Assembly (NCBI GenBank): GCA_945788685.1
Contig: CALZMZ010000003.1
Location: forward strand, 1-58,641
DNA length: 58,641 bases
Direction of reading: 5' to 3'
Origin: Thermodesulfovibrionia bacterium
GTDB taxonomy: Bacteria; Nitrospirota; Thermodesulfovibrionia; UBA6902
A model generated the notes under the pieces. It searched no databases, was not told the DNA's origin, and saw only the letters and a list, made by a program, of their open reading frames with translations. A program made the translations under genes and the position numbers. Below are positions 9,470 through 18,509 of the stretch, one piece after another; position 1 is the stretch's first letter; every line of letters begins with the position of its first letter.

Positions 9470-10777
9470 ATGATTGAGGCCAATCAGGATGTTAAAGTAT
9501 TTACGCCTGCTCAGGCATACTGGAACCAGAGAGAGGTGTTAAGGTCAATGAGAGACCGCATCCATGCCTTATCTGATGCAGTTGATAACAAAAGTGATCT
9601 CTGGCCGTATCAGCTTTCACAGTTAATGGCTGCCGCACTTGAGTTCAAACCCGAAGTGATTATTGAACTGGGCCGTGGAAAGGGCAACTCAACATGCGGA
9701 TTTACTGAGGTTGCCAATCATATAAGAAGGCAGGGACATAGATGTGATGTTGTGAGCCTCTGCATATCAGAGGACTGGGAACAAACGACCCAGTGGAAGG
9801 TGATGGAAATTGTTGAAAGAGACTGGTTTGAGCCCCTGAGGGCCCTGAGGGGCAATATTCTGACGTTTGATTATGATTCAATTTTAAAAGGAGCAAAAAG
9901 ATGTCTTGTGTTCTGGGATGCCCATGGATTTGATGTAGCTGAATGTGTGCTCGGTAGAATTCTGCCAAAGATACAAGAGATGGAAAATCTTATCATTATG
10001 CATGACATCTCTGACGGACGATACATTCCTCCTGAAACATCATCTTATAACGGCCAAAGACTTTGGAGAGGAAATGACTGGTCAGGGCCGCGAATACGAC
10101 TCGGATTTATGGATTCCTCGGTTGAACAGGCTGTTGCAATTGTAGACTTTACATCCCGAAACAGGATCCCATTTGATTCTGCAGACCACAGCATTAATGT
10201 AGAAATCGGCAGCGATCCTGTGAAAATGAAAGATATGGAGAATGTCCTCGGTGATCTCTTTAACCTGGGGGCACACTGGTGCTGGTTTACGCTCAATGAT
10301 GCAAAGGGTCCTTTGACATTTCCTGATTTTCAGGCAGATGTCATGAATGATCATCTTGAAATAAACATCACTGAACAGACGCAGATAATGGGAGTTTCTT
10401 TAAACAATGCCGTTTTATCACAGCCTGATCTGGTGGAAGTAATTCAGCGAGTAAACCGTTATGTCAAGATGGAAAAACCAAAGCTTGCAGCACGAATTGT
10501 GGAAAGAGAACTCGGTAATTTAAATGAAAAGAAAGATATTCTGGCAAAGCTTGGAAACACAGACTCAGAAGAGACTAATAAGACAGATCAGAATCAGATA
10601 ATGGGAATTCCTTTAAAAGCTGATGTAACGGAAGCGGTAAAGAGAGTGAACCGTTATTTAGATATAGGAAAATCAGCCCTGGCTTTAAAAATTGTAGAGA
10701 ATGAACTTGGGCATCTTCATGAATCATCTGAAATCCTTGCAAAAATTCAAAATAATGAACATGTTGCAAGTTCGTAA
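9470..10777 (+). CDS. hypothetical protein with a possible CmcI-like methyltransferase fold and a duplicated C-terminal helical module
   Basis: 435-aa ORF with SD 'aggagg'. 'IIELGRGKGNST' and 'LVFWDAHGF...LIIMHDI' resemble the CmcI/cephalosporin-hydroxylase-type fold (weak). Two ~55-aa copies of 'QIMG..L.....V..V.RVNRY......LA..IVE.ELG.L.E...ILAK' occur 71 aa apart. Confidence 0.5.
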   Translation: MIEANQDVKVFTPAQAYWNQREVLRSMRDRIHALSDAVDNKSDLWPYQLSQLMAAALEFKPEVIIELGRGKGNSTCGFTEVANHIRRQGHRCDVVSLCISEDWEQTTQWKVMEIVERDWFEPLRALRGNILTFDYDSILKGAKRCLVFWDAHGFDVAECVLGRILPKIQEMENLIIMHDISDGRYIPPETSSYNGQRLWRGNDWSGPRIRLGFMDSSVEQAVAIVDFTSRNRIPFDSADHSINVEIGSDPVKMKDMENVLGDLFNLGAHWCWFTLNDAKGPLTFPDFQADVMNDHLEINITEQTQIMGVSLNNAVLSQPDLVEVIQRVNRYVKMEKPKLAARIVERELGNLNEKKDILAKLGNTDSEETNKTDQNQIMGIPLKADVTEAVKRVNRYLDIGKSALALKIVENELGHLHESSEILAKIQNNEHVASS

Positions 10778-10794
10778 TAGAAAGGATCGTTAAG

Positions 10795-12183
10795 ATGGAG
10801 CTTAAAGGCTGCGGTCAGCCATGGTTTGAGATGCAGATTGAGTACAATGAAAAAGTTGGCTGCTGCTGTTATTACAAGTTTGAAAAGGACAACCTTACAA
10901 TGCCTCTTGATATTGACAGGTACTGGAATGGTGATTACATGAAGCAGTTACGGGGGACAATTGCTTCCAATAATGCAGACGGCACCGGCTGCGAAGGATG
11001 TCAGTATATCAAGTATGGCACTGTCTCAGGTTTCACTACGATTCCAGAGGGGTTGACGAAGATACAGAGTGATAACTGGGATAGCGCACTGACTAATTAT
11101 CATAAAAAGGAAATGGTAATAGATTCTTATCCGGTTAAATACTATATGAACTTTGGCCTGGCATGTAATCTGAATTGTGTCATGTGCAGTCAGGAGGATA
11201 TGCGTCATACAGATAGACGACAGCTGCCAGTGGAGCCTCTTCGTAAACTTAAGGATTACTTAGTAATAGCTAATGAAATTGCGATTATCGGCGGTGAGCC
11301 GCTCATGATCCCTAATTCACGAAAGTTTATAGAGACAGTTATTAATGATCCGGATTATTCAAATGTTAAACTCTCCATTTATACAAACGGCACGCTTCTG
11401 CATAACTACATAGAACCCTTCAAAAATATGAAAAGACTGGGTATATGCATCAGTCTCGACTCAGTGGGGGAGGCATATGAATATATAAGAAAGGGTGCCA
11501 GGTGGCAGAACACGGAAAGGAATATTCTGAATTTCAAGGAGACAGGTGAGAAATACGGACTGGACTGGAATGTGAGTATTGCCGCTGTTATCATGAAAAG
11601 CAGCATACCAAGAATGGTGGATTTTGTTGACTGGTGCATAGAAAATGAAACCCCGGTCCATTTTGTTCCGATTCAGAAACAGGGATTTACACAGAATGAA
11701 GAGGTCTTTAACTATCCTGAACTGCTTGATGATATTCCTGACTGGGAAGATATTTTCGATACAGCAATTGAGAAACTGAAAAATAAAGGATGGATTGCCG
11801 GTGCCGCAAACCCGTTGACAATTATGAAAGACGAAATCAAGACACAAGCGCTTGTACCCCGGGGAGAGGCTCTTTTCAGTACAGGAGATATTGAAGGAGC
11901 ACTAAAATTGTTTATTGAGGTTAGTGAAAAAGATCCTGAAAACGTTACTGCCATTAATAACATTGCTGTGTCACACTGGCAGTTGGGAAATACAGATACA
12001 TCTATGCATTATTTTTTAAAGGCACTTAAGTTAGCCCCATATGACCGGGACACAGTTATTAACTGCGGAAAGATTCTGATCAGCCTTGATCAGCCTGAGG
12101 ACGCAAAGGTACTTTATCTGTCGTACCTGCAGAAAAGTCCTGATGAAGAGATTTCAGAGTTGATGGCATGTTTAGAGGGATGA
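10795..12183 (+). CDS. radical SAM enzyme with N-terminal Cys-rich motif and C-terminal TPR cassette
   Basis: 462-aa ORF with core 'CNLNCVMCSQ' and 'IIGGEPLM'. An N-terminal motif 'CGQPWFEMQIEY..KVGCCCYY...CEGCQY' is present. The C-terminal TPRs read 'AINNIAVSHWQLGN', 'APYDRDTVINC' and 'LYLSYLQKSPDEE'. Confidence 0.75.
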   Translation: MELKGCGQPWFEMQIEYNEKVGCCCYYKFEKDNLTMPLDIDRYWNGDYMKQLRGTIASNNADGTGCEGCQYIKYGTVSGFTTIPEGLTKIQSDNWDSALTNYHKKEMVIDSYPVKYYMNFGLACNLNCVMCSQEDMRHTDRRQLPVEPLRKLKDYLVIANEIAIIGGEPLMIPNSRKFIETVINDPDYSNVKLSIYTNGTLLHNYIEPFKNMKRLGICISLDSVGEAYEYIRKGARWQNTERNILNFKETGEKYGLDWNVSIAAVIMKSSIPRMVDFVDWCIENETPVHFVPIQKQGFTQNEEVFNYPELLDDIPDWEDIFDTAIEKLKNKGWIAGAANPLTIMKDEIKTQALVPRGEALFSTGDIEGALKLFIEVSEKDPENVTAINNIAVSHWQLGNTDTSMHYFLKALKLAPYDRDTVINCGKILISLDQPEDAKVLYLSYLQKSPDEEISELMACLEG

Positions 12184-12219
12184 TGTATTGAAAAGATTTA
12201 TTCGGCTTGGAGAAGTGAC

Positions 12220-13626
12220 ATGGAACTGAAGATGTGCGGCCAACCCTGGTTTGAGATGCAGATAGAATACAGTGAGAAAGTAGGCTGCTGCTGTTACTAC
12301 AAGTTTGGCAAAGACTCACTGAATACACCCCTTGATGTAGACAGGTACTGGAACGGCAATAAGATAAAGGAAATCAGGAAGACCATATCATCGAACAATG
12401 CCGAAGGAACAGGATGTGATGGATGTCAGTATATCAAATATTCTTCTGTTAGTAATTTTGTATCTATGCCGGATAATCTTAATCCAATCCAGTCTGATAA
12501 CTGGAGCAGGGCACTGAATAACTACCATGATAAGAGAATTACTGTAGACTCATATCCTGTTAAATATTATATGAACTTCGGGTTGGCCTGCAATCTGAAA
12601 TGTATAATGTGCTGCCAGGCTGAATCAAGAAAAGTGGATAAACGTCAATTGCCTGTAGAACCGCTGCTTGAACTGAAACCTTTTTTTATTAAAGCAAATG
12701 AAATAGCGATCATAGGGGGAGAGCCTCTTATGATCCCCGATGCCCGTAAGTTCATTGATGCAATAATTCATGACCCTGATTACTCTGACGTTAAACTATC
12801 CATCTTCACGAACGGGACCCTTCTGCACAAATATATTGAACCATTCAGAAATATGAAAAGGATCGGCATATGTATAAGCCTGGATTCCATTGGAAATGCA
12901 TATGAATACATACGACAGGGCGCAAAATGGGAAGATACAGAAAATAATATTATTGAATTTAAAGAAACCGGAAAACAGCTGGGACATTCCTGGGACGTTA
13001 ATATCGCTGCAATTGTTATGAAAAGCAGCATTCCTCTCATGGATGATTTCGTTGAATGGTGCATTGCACATGATACCCCTGTACATTTCGTCCCTTTAAA
13101 TGAAGAGAATTTCACAGGAGATGAAGATGTATTCCGTAATCCTGTGTTATTGAATAATATTCCGGCTTGGGAGGATATTCTTGATAGTGCAATTAATAAG
13201 CTCGAAAAAAGAGGATGGACCGCAGGTGGAGCAAACTCATTAAAACTGATTAAAAAAGAGCTTGTATCAAGATTACTGAACTATAAGGGAGAAGAACTTT
13301 TCAACTCTGGAGATATTGAAGGATCATTTACCTTATTTGCAAAGTCGGTTGAATCTGATCCTGCATTTGTAACGGCATTTAATAATATGGGTGTCGTATG
13401 CTGGCAATCGGGTGATAGAAAAGGTGCTATAAAGCATTTCCTGAAAGCACTGAAGAATAATCCATATAACAGGGACACTGTAATGAACTGTGGACGTATA
13501 CTGGTGAATATTGATCAGCATGAAGATGCCAGAAAACTGTATAAATCATATTTGACTCTGCATCCCGACGATAATGAGATCAGAGGGTTGTACACTGAAA
13601 TTGAAGAGATTGAGTGCGTTACGTGA
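12220..13626 (+). CDS. radical SAM enzyme, tandem paralog of 10795-12183
   Basis: 468-aa ORF, collinear with and highly similar to the upstream ORF along its whole length. Matching motifs are 'CGQPWFEMQIEYSEKVGCCCYY', 'CNLKCIMCCQ' and the TPR tail 'FNNMGVVCWQSGD...NPYNRDTVMNC'. Confidence 0.75.
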   Translation: MELKMCGQPWFEMQIEYSEKVGCCCYYKFGKDSLNTPLDVDRYWNGNKIKEIRKTISSNNAEGTGCDGCQYIKYSSVSNFVSMPDNLNPIQSDNWSRALNNYHDKRITVDSYPVKYYMNFGLACNLKCIMCCQAESRKVDKRQLPVEPLLELKPFFIKANEIAIIGGEPLMIPDARKFIDAIIHDPDYSDVKLSIFTNGTLLHKYIEPFRNMKRIGICISLDSIGNAYEYIRQGAKWEDTENNIIEFKETGKQLGHSWDVNIAAIVMKSSIPLMDDFVEWCIAHDTPVHFVPLNEENFTGDEDVFRNPVLLNNIPAWEDILDSAINKLEKRGWTAGGANSLKLIKKELVSRLLNYKGEELFNSGDIEGSFTLFAKSVESDPAFVTAFNNMGVVCWQSGDRKGAIKHFLKALKNNPYNRDTVMNCGRILVNIDQHEDARKLYKSYLTLHPDDNEIRGLYTEIEEIECVT

Positions 13627-16600
13627 AGGATAATAAAAATATAAAGGTCAGTATCGTTGTAACAGCCCGTAATGATGATCATGGCGGCGGTTTCCTGCGA
13701 AGAATGCAGGTATTCGCAAATGCACTTATCGCCCAGTGCGACAGACATAAACTTAAAGCTGAACTGATCGTAATTGAATGGAACACAATGCCTGACAGGC
13801 CTGGATTGTCAGAGGTCCTGGAGTGGCCTGAGAAAAGTGATTTCTGTTCCGTCCGGTTTATAGAGGTCCCCCCTGAAATACATAATCAATATACATATTC
13901 CTCCAATCTTGGACTTTATCAGATGATTGCCAAGAACGTTGGATTCAGAAGGTCCAGAGCAGATTATTTTCTTGCTACGAATATTGACATACTTATTTCT
14001 GACGAACTGATGAAATTCATGGCTTCAGATAATTTAAGGGAAAATGTTCTTTACAGAGTTGACAGGTATGACATACCTGAAGACATTCCACTTGATGCAA
14101 CGGTTGAGGAGCAGCTTGAGTATTGCCGGAATAACCTGACAAGGAATAATGAGAGGGACGGAACCCGCAATTTTATGACAGGTAAATATTTTCCCACATA
14201 TGTCGGTCTGTACACGGATTCGACCAGACTTCATTTTAATGCCTGCGGAGATTTCACCTTAATGCACAGGAACGACTGGTATGCTCTTCGGGGATATCCG
14301 GAATTTGACATGTACTCTGCACATATGGATTCAGTAATGCTCCTTATGGCCTACAATGCAGGAATTCGCCAGGAGATACTGCCGGATGAAATGCAGACAT
14401 ATCATATTGAACATTCCTCATCCATGATTGCGGAAAAGGCAGGTAAATTATTCAAAGACCTCAAATCAGCAGGAGTACCTCAGATAAAGGTTCCTCAAAT
14501 TGAAGACTGGGCAAGGGAGATGAACAGGGCAGGTCGGCCACTCCTCTTTAACGGACCGGACTGGGGGCATGCCACAGAAGAGCTGATAGATACATATGTA
14601 ATAAGGGCTGCCTGGGACAGAGATGGCAATGGCGCACATACGTCTGAAAGTGAAAGCATTGTCAATCCGGTTTATATGAGCGTTATTGTTTCCGGAGGTA
14701 GTACTCCCGGATCTGTTAGAAAATGTCTTGATTCAATGGCTTCACAATCTCTCTCTGCTTCTGAATTTGAAGTGCTTGCAATTTTAGATGAAGACTCAGC
14801 CAGTCACGAACTGATTGAGCAATACAGGGATAGAATCGATCTCAGGATAATACATCCGGCAAATGACAGATATTCTGCTTCATACGCAGCAGGAATTACT
14901 GGGGCCAAAGGTCATGTAGTCCTGTTTATGAATCATGACAGCATTGCCGATACCAATATGCTGCATGAACACTGGCTGTTTCATAAAAATAACCCTCCAG
15001 GCAATAAAGACATCTGGGCGCATTTGAACATTGAATATCCTGTAATGATCGGTCATAGAACATGGGATAGAAATCTCAAACTAACACCTTTAATGCAACT
15101 GTCATTAAAAGACGATAAAGACATTAAAGCCGATGACATTATCAGGTGGTGGCACTTTAAATGCGATAATCTTTCCTGCAACAGGGACTTTATTGTCAGA
15201 TACGGTAATTTTGATGAAACATTTAATGCCAACAGTGATCTTGAGATTGGTTATCGACTGTCAAAAAGGAAAATGAAAATTGTTTATAGTGACAGGGCGA
15301 GAAGTTATCTTACTACACCTTTTACAATAATCAATCTTAAGGAAACAGCTTATGCAGAAGGACAGTTTGCATTTAGGTTAATAACAAAATATTCCGATCC
15401 TGAGGTTCAGGAATGGAGCAGGCTCAGCAATGCCCGGGACAGTATTTCAGATTTAAAAGAAAGCATTGCAGCTGATCTGAAGAAACTGGAAAACAGTTCT
15501 GAAGTGAATGACGGACTTAAGAACTGCTACGATCATGTTTATGCATACCATCGAGCAAAGGGTCTGATTGACGCAGAGTCTGACAAGTTAAATATTATCA
15601 AAGAAGTATTCATGGCCAAATTATATGAAAAGGCCCGAAATCCTGATGAGAAGACAATACTTATCATATCTGAAACACTTCCATTATACGATTTATATTC
15701 TGATGACAGTGATCTGTATAACATCATTAAGATACTTGCAAGAAATCATTCAGTAACATTTCTTTCAAGGAAGGGCGTTGAAAAGGGAAAGTATATAGAG
15801 GTTCTCAGGAAAATTGGAGTGAGTGTATTTTATGACGGTCAAGGACTGAATGAACAGGTACTGGTTGAATCAAAATCATTTTGTCATGCCTCCAATGTAT
15901 CTATACAGGAGCTTCTCATTCACCGTAATTATGATTTAATACTGTTTCATGGTAGTAATGTCGGAAATAAATATATAAACCCTGTTCGGGATTTTTCCTC
16001 TCAAAGCGTTGTAATGATACGTGTTTCCGATACTGGTCTTTCACCGGAAACTGGCAGTACTGATACATTCCAAGTATATGATGAGGCAGATGTAATACTG
16101 GCATCTCAAAAAGCAGCAGAAATCATTTCATCGTCACTTCCAGGGATGATAGTTAAACCCCTGCCTGACACGAAAGACACAGACAGGCTTGAAAATGCCT
16201 TGAACGCATTAATGAGTAACCTGCCTGTACCGCAAAGTAAACACGTTGAGAAATTCAGAATCTTTCCTGAAATGGTATCGGATTCAGCATTTTGCAAAAG
16301 CACGAATGAAGTGACGGTAATTTTTGTATGTGATAATAATAGTGATACATCAATTCAATCTCTTGATTCACTGTTGAAATACTCAAATCCTGAGGTTTCG
16401 AATATCGTTGTGGCTGTTAATGATAAACGTTGCGATGGTATAGGTGATAAACTGGAAAGTGAACAGAGATACTATTTCACATATAGCAATAAGAACGAGC
16501 TGGATACATATATATCCAAAATATTAACGCATTCCCCGGGCGAATATATATCTGTTGTAGAGGGCAGCGTGATAGTCTGCCCCCAATGGGACATGAGGTT

Positions 16601-18464
16601 AATGTCCCATCTTAAAAAGGACACTCAGATAAGCGTTATTACAGCAAAACCTTCAGAATTCTTTTATAACTCACTTTATGATTTTGAAGATGATGCTTAC
16701 ACACTGTTCGTGTCTAAAAGAGGTAAAAATAAAGTTTCTTCCAGAATTAATACTCCCTGTCTGATCGTAAGACGATCAATATGCCCTGGAAATCAATTCA
16801 GTGATCTCAGTGAATTAATGGGGAGCATGTTGGCCGATAAAAAAGTAGCAGAGGCACAGGACACTCTTGTTTTTTCATTCAGGAAGGGGTTAAAGAAAAA
16901 GAAGACAAAAATCCTTGATCAGACGGTTAGTAAAAAATTGAGTGTTATTATTTCTGCATTCAATAACGGGAAAAAACTCTTTACCTGCCTTGATTCCCTC
17001 TTTCATCAGAAGTGCATTAATTATGATGACATTGAAATTATTGTAATTTATACAGGCGCTGATAAGAGAGAGGGGGATCTTTTAAATGGCAGAGGAGCTC
17101 CCTGTACGTATAAATATATTATGAAGAAAGGAATGGGAATTGCAGCTTCGCTGAATCACGGGATTAAAACAGCCAAAGGGGAACATGTACTGTTTATCTC
17201 ACAGGAAGCTATTGCCGATGAGAATGTGATAAGTGAACATATAAAGACACATATAAAACATAAGCACAGAGATATTGCAGTGCTCGGGCACATTTCCTTA
17301 TCTGGCATGAATGATTCGGCTCCTTTTATTCAGTACTTATCTAAAAACCCTAAACTGCCGTTTGCATCTCCCTATGTTTATAATTTCACAGATATAAGTA
17401 ATCCGGAAAATGCAGGACATTTCTATTTGTCTAATATTTCAGTGAATAGACAAATATTCCAGAAGGTGGGGATATTTAATGAAGATATGCCTGATGAGTG
17501 GGTTGGTCTGGATTTTGGTTTAAGATTGTCACTAAAGAGGTATAAAGTAACTTATAAGCAGAATGCATTAGTAATTAATAATACCGATATTGACCTGAAT
17601 AGGTATCTCAAAGAACAGACTTCAGCCGGTAAACAGTTTGCAGTTATGGCGTATAAGCATCCGGGTGTCTGGAATATCAAAGGTGCGAAGATGCAGTGTA
17701 TGTATTTCTATTATGGTAAGCAGGCTCTGTTTAATAGAGTCAGGGAAATTGCAGGTGAGCTTGAATGTATGGGTGATGAGCTGAGAAGCAATTATAAGTA
17801 TGCAGGTGTGTCACTGCTGGACAAGTCCTTCTATATTCTTGCTAATTACTGTTTTGCTGAGGGAATTAACGAAGTAATATGCAGAGTGGAGGGAGATGAC
17901 TGGTTGAGTACGTATATAAGAGATAATGATATTGATTCTGAAAACATTATAAATGAGAATAAGGCTTTCGAAAAGCTGTTCGAAAGTTATTGGCATATTG
18001 GTAGAGGGGATTATGAGACATTTTCCAGGTTTATCGAGCAGTCTTCAGCAATGATGGAAGGGCATCCAAGCGCATATTATGCGGCAGGTAATTATTATTT
18101 TAATCTGAGTGAATATAAGCTGGCTGAAGCTACCTTTCAGGAGGGTATTGAAAAGAGAAGAAGTTATCATGAAGATTCAGTATTTCCAGGTGAAGACGAA
18201 ACTCTCTTTGCCATATGGATTGCCATGTCATGTATTCCAGAGGGTAAGTATACAAAGGCAGCCACAGTTCTTGAGGAACTTATAGCTGAAAGATTACATA
18301 TGTCTGAAGAACAGGAAGCAATGATTTACAGGTGCCTTGACCTTAGCTACAGGGGTTTGGGTGATTTAAAAAGATCAGCTTTTTGCAGGCAGGAAGCTGA
18401 CAGGCTTAATGAAATCATAAAATCAAAACAGGAGCTTCAATCCCTTGAACGTGTATCTATTTAA
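13614..18464 (+). CDS. giant multidomain glycosyltransferase (several GT-A/GT2-like modules, a GT-B-like segment and a TPR-like tail)
   Basis: 1616-aa ORF whose GTG start overlaps the upstream stop. GT2-like N-termini recur at 'VSIVVTARND' (~13650), 'MSVIVSGGSTPGSVRKCLDSMASQS' (~14676), 'VTVIFVCDNNSD' (~16311) and 'LSVIISAFNNGKKLFTCLDSLFHQ' (~16939). The C-terminus has helical TPR-like repeats. Confidence 0.75.
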   Translation: MRYVKDNKNIKVSIVVTARNDDHGGGFLRRMQVFANALIAQCDRHKLKAELIVIEWNTMPDRPGLSEVLEWPEKSDFCSVRFIEVPPEIHNQYTYSSNLGLYQMIAKNVGFRRSRADYFLATNIDILISDELMKFMASDNLRENVLYRVDRYDIPEDIPLDATVEEQLEYCRNNLTRNNERDGTRNFMTGKYFPTYVGLYTDSTRLHFNACGDFTLMHRNDWYALRGYPEFDMYSAHMDSVMLLMAYNAGIRQEILPDEMQTYHIEHSSSMIAEKAGKLFKDLKSAGVPQIKVPQIEDWAREMNRAGRPLLFNGPDWGHATEELIDTYVIRAAWDRDGNGAHTSESESIVNPVYMSVIVSGGSTPGSVRKCLDSMASQSLSASEFEVLAILDEDSASHELIEQYRDRIDLRIIHPANDRYSASYAAGITGAKGHVVLFMNHDSIADTNMLHEHWLFHKNNPPGNKDIWAHLNIEYPVMIGHRTWDRNLKLTPLMQLSLKDDKDIKADDIIRWWHFKCDNLSCNRDFIVRYGNFDETFNANSDLEIGYRLSKRKMKIVYSDRARSYLTTPFTIINLKETAYAEGQFAFRLITKYSDPEVQEWSRLSNARDSISDLKESIAADLKKLENSSEVNDGLKNCYDHVYAYHRAKGLIDAESDKLNIIKEVFMAKLYEKARNPDEKTILIISETLPLYDLYSDDSDLYNIIKILARNHSVTFLSRKGVEKGKYIEVLRKIGVSVFYDGQGLNEQVLVESKSFCHASNVSIQELLIHRNYDLILFHGSNVGNKYINPVRDFSSQSVVMIRVSDTGLSPETGSTDTFQVYDEADVILASQKAAEIISSSLPGMIVKPLPDTKDTDRLENALNALMSNLPVPQSKHVEKFRIFPEMVSDSAFCKSTNEVTVIFVCDNNSDTSIQSLDSLLKYSNPEVSNIVVAVNDKRCDGIGDKLESEQRYYFTYSNKNELDTYISKILTHSPGEYISVVEGSVIVCPQWDMRLMSHLKKDTQISVITAKPSEFFYNSLYDFEDDAYTLFVSKRGKNKVSSRINTPCLIVRRSICPGNQFSDLSELMGSMLADKKVAEAQDTLVFSFRKGLKKKKTKILDQTVSKKLSVIISAFNNGKKLFTCLDSLFHQKCINYDDIEIIVIYTGADKREGDLLNGRGAPCTYKYIMKKGMGIAASLNHGIKTAKGEHVLFISQEAIADENVISEHIKTHIKHKHRDIAVLGHISLSGMNDSAPFIQYLSKNPKLPFASPYVYNFTDISNPENAGHFYLSNISVNRQIFQKVGIFNEDMPDEWVGLDFGLRLSLKRYKVTYKQNALVINNTDIDLNRYLKEQTSAGKQFAVMAYKHPGVWNIKGAKMQCMYFYYGKQALFNRVREIAGELECMGDELRSNYKYAGVSLLDKSFYILANYCFAEGINEVICRVEGDDWLSTYIRDNDIDSENIINENKAFEKLFESYWHIGRGDYETFSRFIEQSSAMMEGHPSAYYAAGNYYFNLSEYKLAEATFQEGIEKRRSYHEDSVFPGEDETLFAIWIAMSCIPEGKYTKAATVLEELIAERLHMSEEQEAMIYRCLDLSYRGLGDLKRSAFCRQEADRLNEIIKSKQELQSLERVSI

Positions 18465-18509
18465 GATGTATTTAATCAGCATTGCTGAAACTGAGAACGG
18501 GTCTTTGAG

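Noticed and set aside
69-13626. The four radical-SAM enzymes with SPASM-like motifs considered as a RiPP (peptide maturation) cluster.
   Set aside because: I found no plausible precursor-peptide ORF, leader peptidase or exporter. The surrounding genes are for sugar activation, glycosyl transfer and methylation, which fits glycan tailoring better. A RiPP role cannot be fully excluded without searches.
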